A stretch of DNA of 62,917 nucleotides, filler included, from Candidatus Woesearchaeota archaeon (lineage in GTDB: Archaea; Nanobdellota; Nanobdellia; Pacearchaeales; UBA284): the NCBI GenBank assembly GCA_964354405.1. It is 6 parts of 6 records of this genome, joined end to end, with 100 filler letters (N's around TTAATTAATTAA, not from the genome) between each part and the next. Parts side by side here need not be neighbours in the genome. Positions count along the whole stretch, not along the records: positions 1 to 18,997 come from CAYGZP010000005.1; 5 more parts are not named here. The stretch is one strand, 5' to 3'. Each line of letters begins with the position of its first letter. Within the stretch, counting starts at the first letter, position 1. Of this stretch, positions 1 to 10,068 are shown piece by piece. The notes under the pieces were generated by a model, which was given only the letters and a program-made list of their open reading frames with translations, made no database searches and was not told where the DNA came from. Made by a program: the position numbers and the translations under genes.

Positions 1-87
1 GTAATGACTTGCATTAAAGAGATGACTGATGAAAAAACAATTGCTGAATTAAGAGCTTTTGTTGATGATGTTATTGAGATTGGGTAA
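1..87 (+). CDS. 3' end of a gene truncated by the window edge (possibly a KaiC/RecA-like ATPase tail)
   Basis: Open frame ...KTIAELRAFVDDVIEIG* ending in TAA at 85-87. Confidence 0.35.
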   Translation, partial: VMTCIKEMTDEKTIAELRAFVDDVIEIG

Positions 88-268
88 TCAAAAAATTTCT
101 GTACATGGATTGGTTCTATTTAACTTGTATGGTAAAGATGCAGAGTTCATGTGATAAAGAACTCAGTTTATCATCGGTAAAATCAACAAAAAACCATTAA
201 ATTCGATAAATTTATAAGTAAAAACAAACAAGATATAATAGGAAAGTAGTGAGGAAAAAAGAAGAAAA

Positions 269-1063
269 ATGGGTGAATCAATAGGCATTTTGAGCATTAA
301 AGGCGGGGTGGGCAAGACAACAACAACTGTTGCTCTTGGAGCTGCCTTGGCACAACAGGGAAAAAATGTTCTCTTGCTCGATGGAAATTTCTCGGCTCCA
401 AATCTCGCATTGCATTTAGGCATTGTGAATCCCCAAACATCTTTATATGATGTTCTCAACAGCAAAGCCAATGCGCTCGGCGCAGTAATCCAGACAGATT
501 ATGGCTTTGACATCATTGCAAACCGCTTAGCTTTCAAGAAAATATTTTATCCAAGCTATCTAAAGCTCAAGGAAAAAGTCCAGCATCTCAAGTATCATTA
601 TGATGTTGTGTTGATAGACTCCTCGCCATCACTCGACCACGAGACTTTAGCAGCAATGATGGCATCAGACAAAATATTAATTGTGACAACTCCTGATCAC
701 GCGACTCTTTCATGCACCCTACACGCGGTAAAAGTCGCAAAGCAGAAGAAAGTTCCAATCATCGGACTTGTGATTAACAAAGTTTATGGCAAAAAATTTG
801 AGTTAAGCTTGCCACAGATAGAGGAAATCACAGGAGTTCCTGTTTTAGCTGTAATTCCTCATGAACTTACAATTCCTCAAGCTTTGTCAGAGCTAAGGCC
901 CACCACAACACAAAGCAAAGAAACCGATGCTGTTGTGGAATACAAGAAGCTCGCTGCGTTTCTAGTAGGCGAGACATACAAAGACAAAAGATTCAAAACT
1001 CAGTTCAAGAATTTGTTCTCAAGCAAAGTTTCAAAGCAAGAAATCAACAGGCAGAAGATATAA
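269..1063 (+). CDS. minD: MinD/ParA family ATPase
   Basis: Deviant Walker A KGGVGKTT, LLLDGN, VLIDSSP, GLVINK motifs. Confidence 0.85.
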   Translation: MGESIGILSIKGGVGKTTTTVALGAALAQQGKNVLLLDGNFSAPNLALHLGIVNPQTSLYDVLNSKANALGAVIQTDYGFDIIANRLAFKKIFYPSYLKLKEKVQHLKYHYDVVLIDSSPSLDHETLAAMMASDKILIVTTPDHATLSCTLHAVKVAKQKKVPIIGLVINKVYGKKFELSLPQIEEITGVPVLAVIPHELTIPQALSELRPTTTQSKETDAVVEYKKLAAFLVGETYKDKRFKTQFKNLFSSKVSKQEINRQKI

Positions 1064-1112
1064 TTGCAGAATATTTGACAAACCCCTTCTTTCAATTTCT
1101 CATATCACTTCT

Positions 1113-1982
1113 CTACTCACTCACTTCCAGCTTTTCTTTCTCTATAATCTTCTTCTCTGTTTCAGTAACATTTTCGTTATCTCTGATTTTCTCAAGTTCT
1201 TCAGGAAGTTCTTTCTTCGGCTCAAGGCCTTTAAGCCACACATTTATCTCGTAAAACGGTTTTTCCTGCTCCAAGAATATCTTTTCCTGGGTGTCCAGAT
1301 GCAATAGGGGAAGAAAACAAGCAACTCTCTCGGTTTTGTCGATTCCAGCAAGCTCAGTAAAAGTCAAGAACTCGTTTGATTTTTTTCCTGTAAAAAAATT
1401 CTTTATTTTTTGATACAACTCTCTAATTTTGGCTCTTATGTCTATGGTTTTTCTTGGCAACACAAAGCCCATGTCATAATTGACTCGTTTCAAGGACAAT
1501 TCTTTCTTGATTCTTCTGTGTTCTGTGTTAATTGCCTTGTCCAATGCTCCCATTAACTCTTGCAATGTTATCTTTCGAGCCCGAGGCATAGGAGTTCTTG
1601 GAAGAATCTCATAATCTTCATTAGCAAAATCAATCATGCTGTTCGAATCAATAAGCTCGCTCGCATTGACTTTTTTCTTCTTGTCGAACAGAATCTCGTC
1701 TATGGAAAGTATGTTCTCATGCAAAAGCTGGCTTTTCATCTTCAAGAGTATCGCTGCAGCGTATATTATCTTGCTCGAGATAAAGAAAACCTGCGCCTGC
1801 TCGAGCTGCTGGAGTCTCTCAAGATATTTTTGTGTAAGCAAAGTCAAATCAATATCCCTTGGATCGAGCTGCTCTGTCTGAATCAAATCATAAATTATCG
1901 CCTGCCACGAGACTTCTCTAGAAACAAGCATGTCATAAAGCTGCTCCTGGCCAACTTTATTGTTATCGCGCCTCTTTGTCAT
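1113..1982 (-). CDS. scpA: Segregation/condensation protein A (kleisin)
   Basis: LDPRDIDL..LTQKYL, AAILLKMKS, FLPLLHL...LEQEKPF motifs; scpB nearby. Confidence 0.85.
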   Translation of the reverse strand: MTKRRDNNKVGQEQLYDMLVSREVSWQAIIYDLIQTEQLDPRDIDLTLLTQKYLERLQQLEQAQVFFISSKIIYAAAILLKMKSQLLHENILSIDEILFDKKKKVNASELIDSNSMIDFANEDYEILPRTPMPRARKITLQELMGALDKAINTEHRRIKKELSLKRVNYDMGFVLPRKTIDIRAKIRELYQKIKNFFTGKKSNEFLTFTELAGIDKTERVACFLPLLHLDTQEKIFLEQEKPFYEINVWLKGLEPKKELPEELEKIRDNENVTETEKKIIEKEKLEVSE

Positions 1983-2339
1983 GGTTATTCTTGGCTTTTC
2001 CGACTTAAAAATCTAATCCTGCGCGCCATGAACGCCATGAAACAACTATGAAATCGTAGAAATCAGTAACTACTATACAATTACTACAAACCGAAAGATT
2101 TATAAACTTCTGAGACTACTGAATACTATCACCTCTTTTTACCCAGGAAAGGCTTGAGGGGCGTCTACTTGATTTTCCCAAGAGTCTTTCCCAGGGTTTT
2201 TAATGTTCAAAATAACACAAAATTAATATTCAATTTATTAATAAAAACTGAGGTTTTTAGCGGACTAAGCTATTATCTTTTTAGATTCTGGCCCCGCTTT
2301 TTATTTATAATCATTTATTCTTTGAGAATTATCCCACAA

Positions 2340-2681
2340 TCACCCAAGATATTGTGTTTTTCTCTTCTCAGCCACAGTCGTTTCAATTTTGTTCTTTTTT
2401 TCCTTGCTCCTGATTTCTCTGTCAAATTTTTCAAGACTTTCGCCAAGAGCTTTCAACAAAGCATCAGCAGTTTGCTTCGAGACAACTATCCTAGCAACAG
2501 CAGAGTGGCTTAGCGTGTCAACGAATATTAAGGTTACATGCCCTTCCTTCTGAACCTTTTTGCCTTTCTTCCCGCTGTCATGAGTCTTTATTATATTAGC
2601 AACTATAACATTATCCGAGAATATAGGAATAGCTCTCTTGATATCAATAGCTATCGATTTCTCTGTTTTTTGCTCAGCCAT
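2340..2681 (-). CDS. Hypothetical protein (DUF3467-like)
   Basis: 113-aa ORF; IFSDNV and ARIVVS..TA..LL..L pattern. Confidence 0.55.
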   Translation of the reverse strand: MAEQKTEKSIAIDIKRAIPIFSDNVIVANIIKTHDSGKKGKKVQKEGHVTLIFVDTLSHSAVARIVVSKQTADALLKALGESLEKFDREIRSKEKKNKIETTVAEKRKTQYLG

Positions 2682-2743
2682 TTTACATAGTTAAAATAAA
2701 AATAAAAAAATAAAAAGAAAAATAAAAACAAAAATTTACTGCC

Positions 2744-2911
2744 CTACTTTTTCTTCTTGCTGTAGTTTCTAATAAGCTTTGTTACCCCAATGATTAACAC
2801 TATCAATGGAAGAACCCATGTCAGTATCCATGTTGGCAACACTATGCCAAACGCTGGCAATAACAAAAGAATTCCTATTAAGGTTACAAGCCATGCAGTC
2901 AATTTTGCCAT
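2744..2911 (-). CDS. Small 55-aa membrane protein (not in ORF track)
   Basis: GGAGGT SD, MAKLTAWLVTLIGILLLLPAFG...KLIRNYSKKKK*, two hydrophobic segments. Confidence 0.7.
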   Translation of the reverse strand: MAKLTAWLVTLIGILLLLPAFGIVLPTWILTWVLPLIVLIIGVTKLIRNYSKKKK

Positions 2912-2936
2912 TTTACCTCCTTTTTCTATTTATATT

Positions 2937-2966
2937 TTTTGATAAAATCTTTTCCTAAAAGATTTA
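2937..2966 (-). repeat. Dispersed 30-bp intergenic hairpin element, copy 1
   Basis: TAAATCTTTTAGGAAAAGATTTTATCAAAA on minus strand; 29/30 identical to copies at 3610 and 49031. Confidence 0.75.
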
Positions 2967-2996
2967 TTTGATGATATAGACAAGTTTTTCCCCTTT

Positions 2997-3275
2997 TTAT
3001 TTCTTTTCTTTGTGTTCCTTGGGTTTTTTCTCTTCTTTCTTCTCTTCCTTTACTTCAGGCTTGGCTTCGTGAACATCTCTTGTCTCAAACTCAGTATAAT
3101 GACATCTCCCACAAAATAAACGATTTTTATGTTTTGAAAGAAAAACTCCTGCTCCGCACCTTGGGCAGAATTTTGCGGTTCTTTCTACATGCTCGCCAGA
3201 GATTTTATACTTCTTCCATCTTTCGCTGGGCTTCCTCGGCTTTCTTTTTATCTTTCCTTGCGGTTCTTTTCCCAT
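2997..3275 (-). CDS. rps27ae: 30S ribosomal protein S27ae
   Basis: [21 protein letters not shown] zinc finger; follows S24e. Confidence 0.95.
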   Translation of the reverse strand: MGKEPQGKIKRKPRKPSERWKKYKISGEHVERTAKFCPRCGAGVFLSKHKNRLFCGRCHYTEFETRDVHEAKPEVKEEKKEEKKPKEHKEKK

Positions 3276-3292
3276 TTTTTATTTTTTAATAT

Positions 3293-3598
3293 TTATTTTT
3301 TATCTCCGCTCGCCTGAGCTGCTTGAGCTTCTCCTTTCTTTTCTTTTTTCTTTGGTTCAAATTTTTTTAAAGCTTCTGCAGATTCGTAAACATAAACAAT
3401 TGCATGGACATCTTTCTTTCCATAAGCTTGTAGCACTTTCTTCACGACAATCAAGTCAGGAGATTTGTTAGTTGCCTTGGAAACTTCCTGTCTCACATAT
3501 TCATTGGAAGGAGTAGCTGTGGTGTCTTCTATTTTTACATATAATTCATATCTTTCCACTAAAGGCTTGTCGTCTTTTTTTTCAATCTTGAATTTCAT
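3293..3598 (-). CDS. rps24e: 30S ribosomal protein S24e
   Basis: KPLVERYE, ATPS, IVVKK...YG, VYES; conserved operon position. Confidence 0.85.
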   Translation of the reverse strand: MKFKIEKKDDKPLVERYELYVKIEDTTATPSNEYVRQEVSKATNKSPDLIVVKKVLQAYGKKDVHAIVYVYESAEALKKFEPKKKEKKGEAQAAQASGDKK

Positions 3599-3609
3599 TT
3601 TTTGTTAGT

Positions 3610-3639
3610 TTTTGATAAAATCTTTTTCTAAAAGATTTA
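3610..3639 (-). repeat. Dispersed 30-bp intergenic hairpin element, copy 2
   Basis: Reverse complement is identical to 49031-49060. Confidence 0.75.
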
Positions 3640-3675
3640 TTTTCCCTTTCCTTTTGTTATAATGTTATTGATAAT

Positions 3676-3867
3676 TTAAGCTTTGATAGCGTAAGTGCCT
3701 TTTTGTTTCACACCCATATGCTTAGCAATCTCACTTTCCTCTGGCTTTAATATAACTACTTGCCCTTTCCACGACTCAGTCAACTGGGTGCTCTGGCACA
3801 ATGGACATTTGTCCCCGCTCTCCACAAGCACCTTACACTTTTTGCAAGCTTTTTTTCCTTTTTTCAT
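3676..3867 (-). CDS. spt4: Transcription elongation factor Spt4 (RpoE'')
   Basis: ACKKC...CPLC, WKG.V.I..PEESEIA, GTYAIK. Confidence 0.95.
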   Translation of the reverse strand: MKKGKKACKKCKVLVESGDKCPLCQSTQLTESWKGQVVILKPEESEIAKHMGVKQKGTYAIKA

Positions 3868-3884
3868 TTTTATTTTTCAAATAT

Positions 3885-4496
3885 TTATTTTTTCTTCCCC
3901 TTTCCTTTGCCCTTTTCTTCCTTGCTTTCTGCTCTTGCAAGTTTATCCGCGACAATCTTCGCTCTCCTCTTGTCATCTGCAATCCACTCGATTTTGCCTA
4001 AGCCAGGCTGCCTCATTGTCAATCCTATTTTTGGCGGCAAGGTTTTATAGCTCACTGAAACTATTTTAGCTATGCACAAATCATTCTTTCTCAATGCACG
4101 TTTTGAATTCTTGCCGATGAGCGCATCGCTCTTGCTGAAGCTTACATAATCATCCATTGTCTGGCTGATATGAATCATCGCTTCTAAAGCGCCGAGATTC
4201 ATGAAAGCTCCGAAGTTTGTAATCTGTGTGATATGTCCGTAGACAAGCTCCTGCAGAACAGGCTTGAAAATAAGCAACTTGAATTCAGCCTCATAATAAG
4301 CGGCCGCATCTCCAGGGATGAGAATGCCTTCGCCGACACTTAAAACATCCAACACTGCAATCACAGAGCCCAAGTCCTCGTCGATATAATTTTCGAAGCT
4401 TTTCTGAAGTTGTTGTAGAACAGCTTTCTTGACAGGCAAGCCAAAAAGCTCTGGCTCAACTCTTATATGATCTGCAATCTCAACGATATAAAACAT
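3885..4496 (-). CDS. rpoE: RNA polymerase subunit E' (Rpo7)
   Basis: IRVEP..FG, GEG.LIPGDAAAYY, S1 domain, KIGLTMRQPGLGK.EWI. Confidence 0.95.
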   Translation of the reverse strand: MFYIVEIADHIRVEPELFGLPVKKAVLQQLQKSFENYIDEDLGSVIAVLDVLSVGEGILIPGDAAAYYEAEFKLLIFKPVLQELVYGHITQITNFGAFMNLGALEAMIHISQTMDDYVSFSKSDALIGKNSKRALRKNDLCIAKIVSVSYKTLPPKIGLTMRQPGLGKIEWIADDKRRAKIVADKLARAESKEEKGKGKGKKK

Positions 4497-4531
4497 TTTA
4501 CGAATATATTTATCTATGTTTTAGGGCGTTT

Positions 4532-4960
4532 TTAAATCTTATTATATCGATTAACAATTTTTAAAGCATTTCTCTGATTCTTCCACTTCAATGATTTCAA
4601 AGCCCCTGAATAGCCCATCCACTTGAAATTGTCATGCTCTCTCTTGCTTATCTTAACTCGAGCTTTCCTAACCCCACATCCAAACAACACATAACTGAAG
4701 CCTTTAACTTTTCTCTCGTGTCGCGTTTTCTTGTCATAAACAAACTTGCCTTTGAATGAAAATTTCTTCAAGTTTGTGACTTTCAATCCGGTTTCTTCTT
4801 TCACTTCGCGCGTCACAGCATGTTCATATCTTTCATTTGCAAGCAAGCCGCCCTTGGGAAACTCCCATCCGCTCCAATGAAGTTTTCTGTGTAAAAGCAA
4901 GTATTTCTCGCCAGAGTACACAACACAAAACACCCCCTTTCTATATGTCTTGTATGGCAT
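4532..4960 (-). CDS. NUDIX hydrolase
   Basis: Nudix box WEFPKGG....E....AV.REVKEETG; start taken at MPYK. Confidence 0.9.
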   Translation of the reverse strand: MPYKTYRKGVFCVVYSGEKYLLLHRKLHWSGWEFPKGGLLANERYEHAVTREVKEETGLKVTNLKKFSFKGKFVYDKKTRHERKVKGFSYVLFGCGVRKARVKISKREHDNFKWMGYSGALKSLKWKNQRNALKIVNRYNKI

Positions 4961-4961
4961 C

Positions 4962-5471
4962 TTACCAATCCTGATCATTATACCCCCCTTCTTGTCTCAA
5001 TTTACAATTTACTTTATCACAATTTCCACAAGGTCCGAATAATACTGCGGATTTTATCCATTTCTTTGGAAGTTTGTTTAAAACATTTAATATTAATCTT
5101 GAATTTCTTTCAATTTGATTTTTTGAAATATTCTTTAGGTTAGGGCACGATTTTGAAGTTATGACCCTCAATTTATTTTTATATAAACAATAGTCAAGAG
5201 GGAATAAACGGCAGTCAAAAGGCCTATTCTTCTCGATAGAACACAACCCCCTAAAAAGAAATGGACAAGGTTGTTTAATGAGTTCAATTTTTTGACCATT
5301 AACATTTTTTTCATGAATATAATTTGTTATTTTTTTAACTCTCTCTATTAAAAATTTGGATTCTCCTGGGAACAGTACTATATCCCCTGCTCTTTGACAG
5401 CAAAAAGAATCACAATTTCCACAATGGATATTCCCCTTGTAATCTTGATAAATCTTTTCAAAATTTAACAT
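4962..5471 (-). CDS. YkgJ-family cysteine-cluster protein
   Basis: CxxCxxxCC, CPFL...LCSI...RP.DCRLFP. Confidence 0.8.
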   Translation of the reverse strand: MLNFEKIYQDYKGNIHCGNCDSFCCQRAGDIVLFPGESKFLIERVKKITNYIHEKNVNGQKIELIKQPCPFLFRGLCSIEKNRPFDCRLFPLDYCLYKNKLRVITSKSCPNLKNISKNQIERNSRLILNVLNKLPKKWIKSAVLFGPCGNCDKVNCKLRQEGGYNDQDW

Positions 5472-5472
5472 T

Positions 5473-5844
5473 TTACTTGAGATATTTCTTTTGTCTTATC
5501 TTTATTATATCGATGTTTAGCTTTTTTGCTCTCGCGCTCAACTCTTTGTCCATCGTGCCAATCATCGCGCCAATTCTTTTAGCCACGAGCAGTATAGCAT
5601 CATCTGTCTTGCCTTCTGCTTCCTCAATTTTTGCCTGAGTTCCTTGTAAAAACAGCGCAGCAACAGTCGCAGCTGTCCTGTCTTCGACTTTTGTCTTCTT
5701 ATCTTTGCTCAATTTCTCCAACTCATCAATAATCTGCTGCAATGTGACAAGCTTGTAGTTTTCCAACTCATCCAACAACTTATATTTCACAAGATAAATC
5801 AGAAAATTAGTATCAGGAACCAACAATTGCATTTTCTCCAGCAT
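5473..5844 (-). CDS. PIN-domain protein (Fcf1/VapC9-like)
   Basis: PDTNFL, IIDEL, TDDAI, TMDKEL; GAGGT SD before MLEK; typical neighbour of rpoE. Confidence 0.85.
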   Translation of the reverse strand: MLEKMQLLVPDTNFLIYLVKYKLLDELENYKLVTLQQIIDELEKLSKDKKTKVEDRTAATVAALFLQGTQAKIEEAEGKTDDAILLVAKRIGAMIGTMDKELSARAKKLNIDIIKIRQKKYLK

Positions 5845-6352
5845 TAACCTCTTTTTTCTCAATCTCTTTATTCTCTTTATCCAGATTAAAATAATCAAAG
5901 AATCTGTCGCTCACGTTAAGCTCATAAGTTCTTCCTGCTCTTTTTGACTTGAGCAACCCACATTCAATAAAATGCTTGATATGATCATAGGCTTTGTTCC
6001 CGCGGATTTTCACGACAACGCTCTGCTTGATTGGCTTCTTGTATGCAATTATAGCCAAAGTTTCTTGCTCAGCTTTGGTGAACTCGCTCTCGCCTGTTGC
6101 GATTTTATTGATTAGCGAATGAAACTCTTGCTTTACATCCATCTTCCACAACTCCTGTCCTTGTAACTCTTGTTTCAAAAGTGTCAATCCACTTCCTTCC
6201 CTGTCATATCTCTTTTTAATCTCTTGCATGAGCTCCTTGACTGTCAGAGGATTCACGCCTGTAAACATTACAATATCATCTGTAGTTAAATAGCGCGCCG
6301 CAAGAAACAACACAGCTTCTATTTTTTTTATCGCTTCTCTATTTTCTGCCAT
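5813..6352 (-). CDS. scpB: SMC-Scp complex subunit ScpB
   Basis: IEAVLF, ETLAIIAYKKPI.QS.VVKIRG..AYDHI, F.DYF. Confidence 0.9.
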   Translation of the reverse strand: MAENREAIKKIEAVLFLAARYLTTDDIVMFTGVNPLTVKELMQEIKKRYDREGSGLTLLKQELQGQELWKMDVKQEFHSLINKIATGESEFTKAEQETLAIIAYKKPIKQSVVVKIRGNKAYDHIKHFIECGLLKSKRAGRTYELNVSDRFFDYFNLDKENKEIEKKEVNAGENAIVGS

Positions 6353-6372
6353 TTTCTGTTTTTTATTTTGTT

Positions 6373-7464
6373 CTATATTGCAAATCTCAATATGGCTCCT
6401 AATCCACCCTTGATATGGCTGAACTGGATTCCTTCATCTGTCTCGACTGAAACATAAACAACCTCTGCCGCAATTGCCTTGGCTTTCTTCTCTAACTCGC
6501 TTGCTTTCTTTTTATCAAATGAAGTTGAGATGATTAAAGTGTCAACAGCCCCCATTTCAAGAGCTTTCTCGACAGCTTCTAAACCATAAGCTGCTTTTGT
6601 CTGCTCCTTCCCAAGCAGATTGAAAAATCTTTCCAATAACTTTTTCTCTTTTGTAATGGCCTCTTCTGCAAGCTCTTCTTTAGCTGATTCTACAAGATGT
6701 GTCAATCCTCTTTCATCTGTATAACCCACATCTTTGATAGCAACAATTTTTCTCTGAAGTTCAGGAGTCAAGTTTCCCTCCTTGAGCCATTCTTCTTTTG
6801 TTGGCCCTGGCCCCCCGACAATGATTCCTTTCAACTTTGGCAGTTCATAAAATAATGTTTTGGCATGTTCCGAGATCCTCCTATAGAACTCTTTGGCGAT
6901 TTCTTCAGTAAGGCGTTCAAATCTTTGACTCGATTGACCGCCAGCACGCTGCTTGCCAGGCACTCCACTTGATAATTTTCTCAAAAATTTGATGCTTTTG
7001 CCTTCTAACAAACCAAAAGTCGCTTCTTTTCTGTCCAAAACAAGCAAGCCATAAACTTTTGTTGCTTCGAGCATTTCTTTGAGGGGCTCGAGAACAAAAG
7101 TCTGATCGCATCTGTAGAACTTGGTTTTCATCGGATGCGGGGGCTCAACAGCCCATATTTTAATGTCGGGCTGCCCTTCTGTCTTGCTCACATTGCCGCA
7201 GAATATAGCCATTCCATTCTCAGGCAATCTCTTGTAAAGTTTCAAGTGTCGCATGATTTTCTCAAGAGCATCAATGACATTAGTCCGAGTTGCTTTGCTC
7301 TTGATGTTCATTGCTGTACTTTGTTCCGAAAGCAATTGAGAAGCTATTTGATTTATACTATAGCCCGCAGGCGCATAAACAGTGATAAGTTCAGTATGCC
7401 TTCCTCTGTAACTCTCAAGCTCTTCAATAAGCTCTTGCAGCTTCGCTTTGTCTTCTTCTTCCAT
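6373..7464 (-). CDS. prf1: Peptide chain release factor aRF1
   Basis: NIKS, YRCD, GGQS motifs. Confidence 0.97.
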   Translation of the reverse strand: MEEEDKAKLQELIEELESYRGRHTELITVYAPAGYSINQIASQLLSEQSTAMNIKSKATRTNVIDALEKIMRHLKLYKRLPENGMAIFCGNVSKTEGQPDIKIWAVEPPHPMKTKFYRCDQTFVLEPLKEMLEATKVYGLLVLDRKEATFGLLEGKSIKFLRKLSSGVPGKQRAGGQSSQRFERLTEEIAKEFYRRISEHAKTLFYELPKLKGIIVGGPGPTKEEWLKEGNLTPELQRKIVAIKDVGYTDERGLTHLVESAKEELAEEAITKEKKLLERFFNLLGKEQTKAAYGLEAVEKALEMGAVDTLIISTSFDKKKASELEKKAKAIAAEVVYVSVETDEGIQFSHIKGGLGAILRFAI

Positions 7465-7515
7465 TTTTTATATTTGGATTAGTATTTGATAGTTTAAAAA
7501 TTTCTCTAAAATAAG

Positions 7516-9918
7516 CTACAATAACTTGATGTCAAACTTTCCTTCTTTGATTTCTTTTGCACTTGTGACTGCTTTCAAGTCTTCGAGCACTGGTTTCAGT
7601 TCTTTGAGCTTTTCCTTTTCAATTGTCAAGATAATTTCTGTCTTGAGGGATTTCTGTGCTTTTGATTTGAACTGCCTGACATTATTGATTATCTCGCAAG
7701 CGACATCGCCGATTTCTTCAATTTTGTTATTGATGAGCGCTTTGTCAAACTTAGGCCATTCGCATAGATGAATACTTTTTATTTTTTCCTTTTCGTTTGT
7801 CTTGAAATATTCCTGATAAAGTTCTTCTGTTATGAAAGGCAGGATTGGTGCGAAAAGCTTGAGGAGAGTCAAGAGAGCATTGTATAAAGTGTATTGAGCT
7901 GAGATCTTTTCCTGCGCGCTTCCCTGATAAATCCTTTTCTTTATGATTTCAAGATAATTATCGCAGAAAGTCTTCCAGAAAAATTGTTCTGTTGCTGATT
8001 TCGCTCTTGAGTATTCGTAATTATCAAATGCCTCACTGCATTCCTTGACAAGTTTATTGAGTTTTGACAAAAGCCACAAGTCAAATGTCTCTAATTTTTT
8101 TGGCTTAGCCACATTTTTCAAGTTAAGTGAGACAAATTTCGCAGCATTCCACAATTTTGTGACTGTTTTTTGTCCCGAGACTAATTCTTTCTCCTGATAT
8201 TCAACATCTTCGCCAAGTTTGCTCGAGGCTGCCCAGAATCTCAAAGCATCAGAGCCATATTTTTCCATGATATCGCGGGGCTCTACAATATTTCCTTTGC
8301 TCTTCGCCATCTTTTCGCCGCGCAATGTAACATATCCAGATACAACCACATCCTTGAATGGATTTTTTCCATAATGTAAGTTGCTCTTGACAACAGTATT
8401 GAAAAGCCAGAATGTTATTATCTCACTTGCTTGAGGTCTCAAGTTCATCGGGAAAAGCTTGTTCCACAATTCTTTTGGCATAAGTTCTACTGCGAGCCTT
8501 GGGGTCATTGAACTAGTGAACCATGTATTAAGGACATCTTTCTCAGGCTCGAACTCGCTCGAGCCGCATTTGCATTTTTTCAGAGGTTTGTCTTTCAATG
8601 GATCAACAGGAAGCTGTTTCTCGTCTGCAAGGATAACCTCTCCGCATTTCTTGCACATCCATACTGGGAATGGAACTCCGAAATATCTTTGATTTGATAT
8701 AAGCCAATCCCATTGCAATCCTTTAACCCAATTATCATATCGATGTCTCATATGCGGGGGGAACCAGTTCAGCTTTGCGCCCCATTCAAGCATTTTGCTC
8801 CTCAAGTCAAGATATTTGACAAACCACTGTTTGCTCTTGACAAACTCAATCTCTGTCCCACATCGCTCATGAACATTAACTGCATGCTCAATGTTTTCCT
8901 GCTTCACGAGCAACTTTTCTTTTTTCAAGTCTTCAATAATTTTTTCTCTTGCTTCCTTTAACTTTAATCCTTTATACTTACCAGCGAGCTCGCTCATCCT
9001 TCCATTCTTTTCAATAGCTTCTCTTATAGGCAAGTTGTAAGCTTTCTGCCATTCCATGTCTGTCTGATCACCGAAAGTGCAGCACATAACAATTCCAGTT
9101 CCCTTGTCTATAGCAACTCGCGAGTCTTCCATAACAGGAACTTTTAGCTTGAACAATGGAACTTCTGCTTTTCTGCCTTTGAATTTTTTATATCGCGAGT
9201 CTTGAGGATTATAAAAAACAGCTACGCAGGCAGGCAATAACTCTGGCCTTGTTGTTGCGATTACAACAGGCTTGCCATCAATCTTGAAAACAACATGATT
9301 GAAAGTGCTTTTGAGCATTTTATCCTGACACTCAACTTGGCTCACTCCTGTCTGGCATTCAGGACACCACATCGCAGGAGCATCTTTCCTGTAAACTCGA
9401 TTTATTTTATGCAGCTCAATGAAACTTCTTTGGCTTATTCTCCTGCAATGTTCATTAATAGTTGAATAATAAATATCAAAATCGCTGCTGACTCCGATAT
9501 CTTTCCAGTCCTGTATGAATCTCGGCAGCTCCTCTTTCAAAAAATTCATGCATATCTTGATGAACTCCTCTCTGCTGTAATCTCTTGCCCTTATCCCCTT
9601 TGTTTTTTCCACCAAGCGCTCAGTAGGCAATCCATTATCATCTGTTCCGAATGGATAGAAGATGTTGTAACCTTTCATTCTTTTCTGCCTTATGATAAAA
9701 TCCTGCTGTGAATATGAGAAAGCATGCCCTGCATGCATCTTTCCGGAAACAGTTGGCGGCGGAGTGTCTATAGAATAAATTTCTTTTTTGCCTTTCAAAT
9801 CGAACTTGTAAATCTTTTCCTTTTCCCAATAATCTTTCCACTTTTTCTCAATGGCATGTATGTTTAAACTCTCTTGTTTCTGTTCTTTATGCTCTTCTTT
9901 CTTCTCTTTTTTTGCCAT
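7516..9918 (-). CDS. valS: Valine--tRNA ligase
   Basis: DTPPPTVSG.MHAGH, GTGIVMCCTFGD, KMAKSKGN. Confidence 0.95.
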   Translation of the reverse strand: MAKKEKKEEHKEQKQESLNIHAIEKKWKDYWEKEKIYKFDLKGKKEIYSIDTPPPTVSGKMHAGHAFSYSQQDFIIRQKRMKGYNIFYPFGTDDNGLPTERLVEKTKGIRARDYSREEFIKICMNFLKEELPRFIQDWKDIGVSSDFDIYYSTINEHCRRISQRSFIELHKINRVYRKDAPAMWCPECQTGVSQVECQDKMLKSTFNHVVFKIDGKPVVIATTRPELLPACVAVFYNPQDSRYKKFKGRKAEVPLFKLKVPVMEDSRVAIDKGTGIVMCCTFGDQTDMEWQKAYNLPIREAIEKNGRMSELAGKYKGLKLKEAREKIIEDLKKEKLLVKQENIEHAVNVHERCGTEIEFVKSKQWFVKYLDLRSKMLEWGAKLNWFPPHMRHRYDNWVKGLQWDWLISNQRYFGVPFPVWMCKKCGEVILADEKQLPVDPLKDKPLKKCKCGSSEFEPEKDVLNTWFTSSMTPRLAVELMPKELWNKLFPMNLRPQASEIITFWLFNTVVKSNLHYGKNPFKDVVVSGYVTLRGEKMAKSKGNIVEPRDIMEKYGSDALRFWAASSKLGEDVEYQEKELVSGQKTVTKLWNAAKFVSLNLKNVAKPKKLETFDLWLLSKLNKLVKECSEAFDNYEYSRAKSATEQFFWKTFCDNYLEIIKKRIYQGSAQEKISAQYTLYNALLTLLKLFAPILPFITEELYQEYFKTNEKEKIKSIHLCEWPKFDKALINNKIEEIGDVACEIINNVRQFKSKAQKSLKTEIILTIEKEKLKELKPVLEDLKAVTSAKEIKEGKFDIKLL

Positions 9919-10068
9919 TTTTTTGTTTTGCTTAAAGATTTCTTAAATATTTATAAGCTAAATGTTTTTTTAAATGTTACTTTAGTGGGAATTATTAATA
10001 ATTATTGAGGATACAACGAAACGTATTTAAACATAATTCCTTATTTGTTTATAATAAAAAGAGTGAAA

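Noticed and set aside
2154..2513. 119-aa plus-strand ORF
   Set aside because: TTG start, low-complexity Phe/Leu/Ile content, antisense to a better gene
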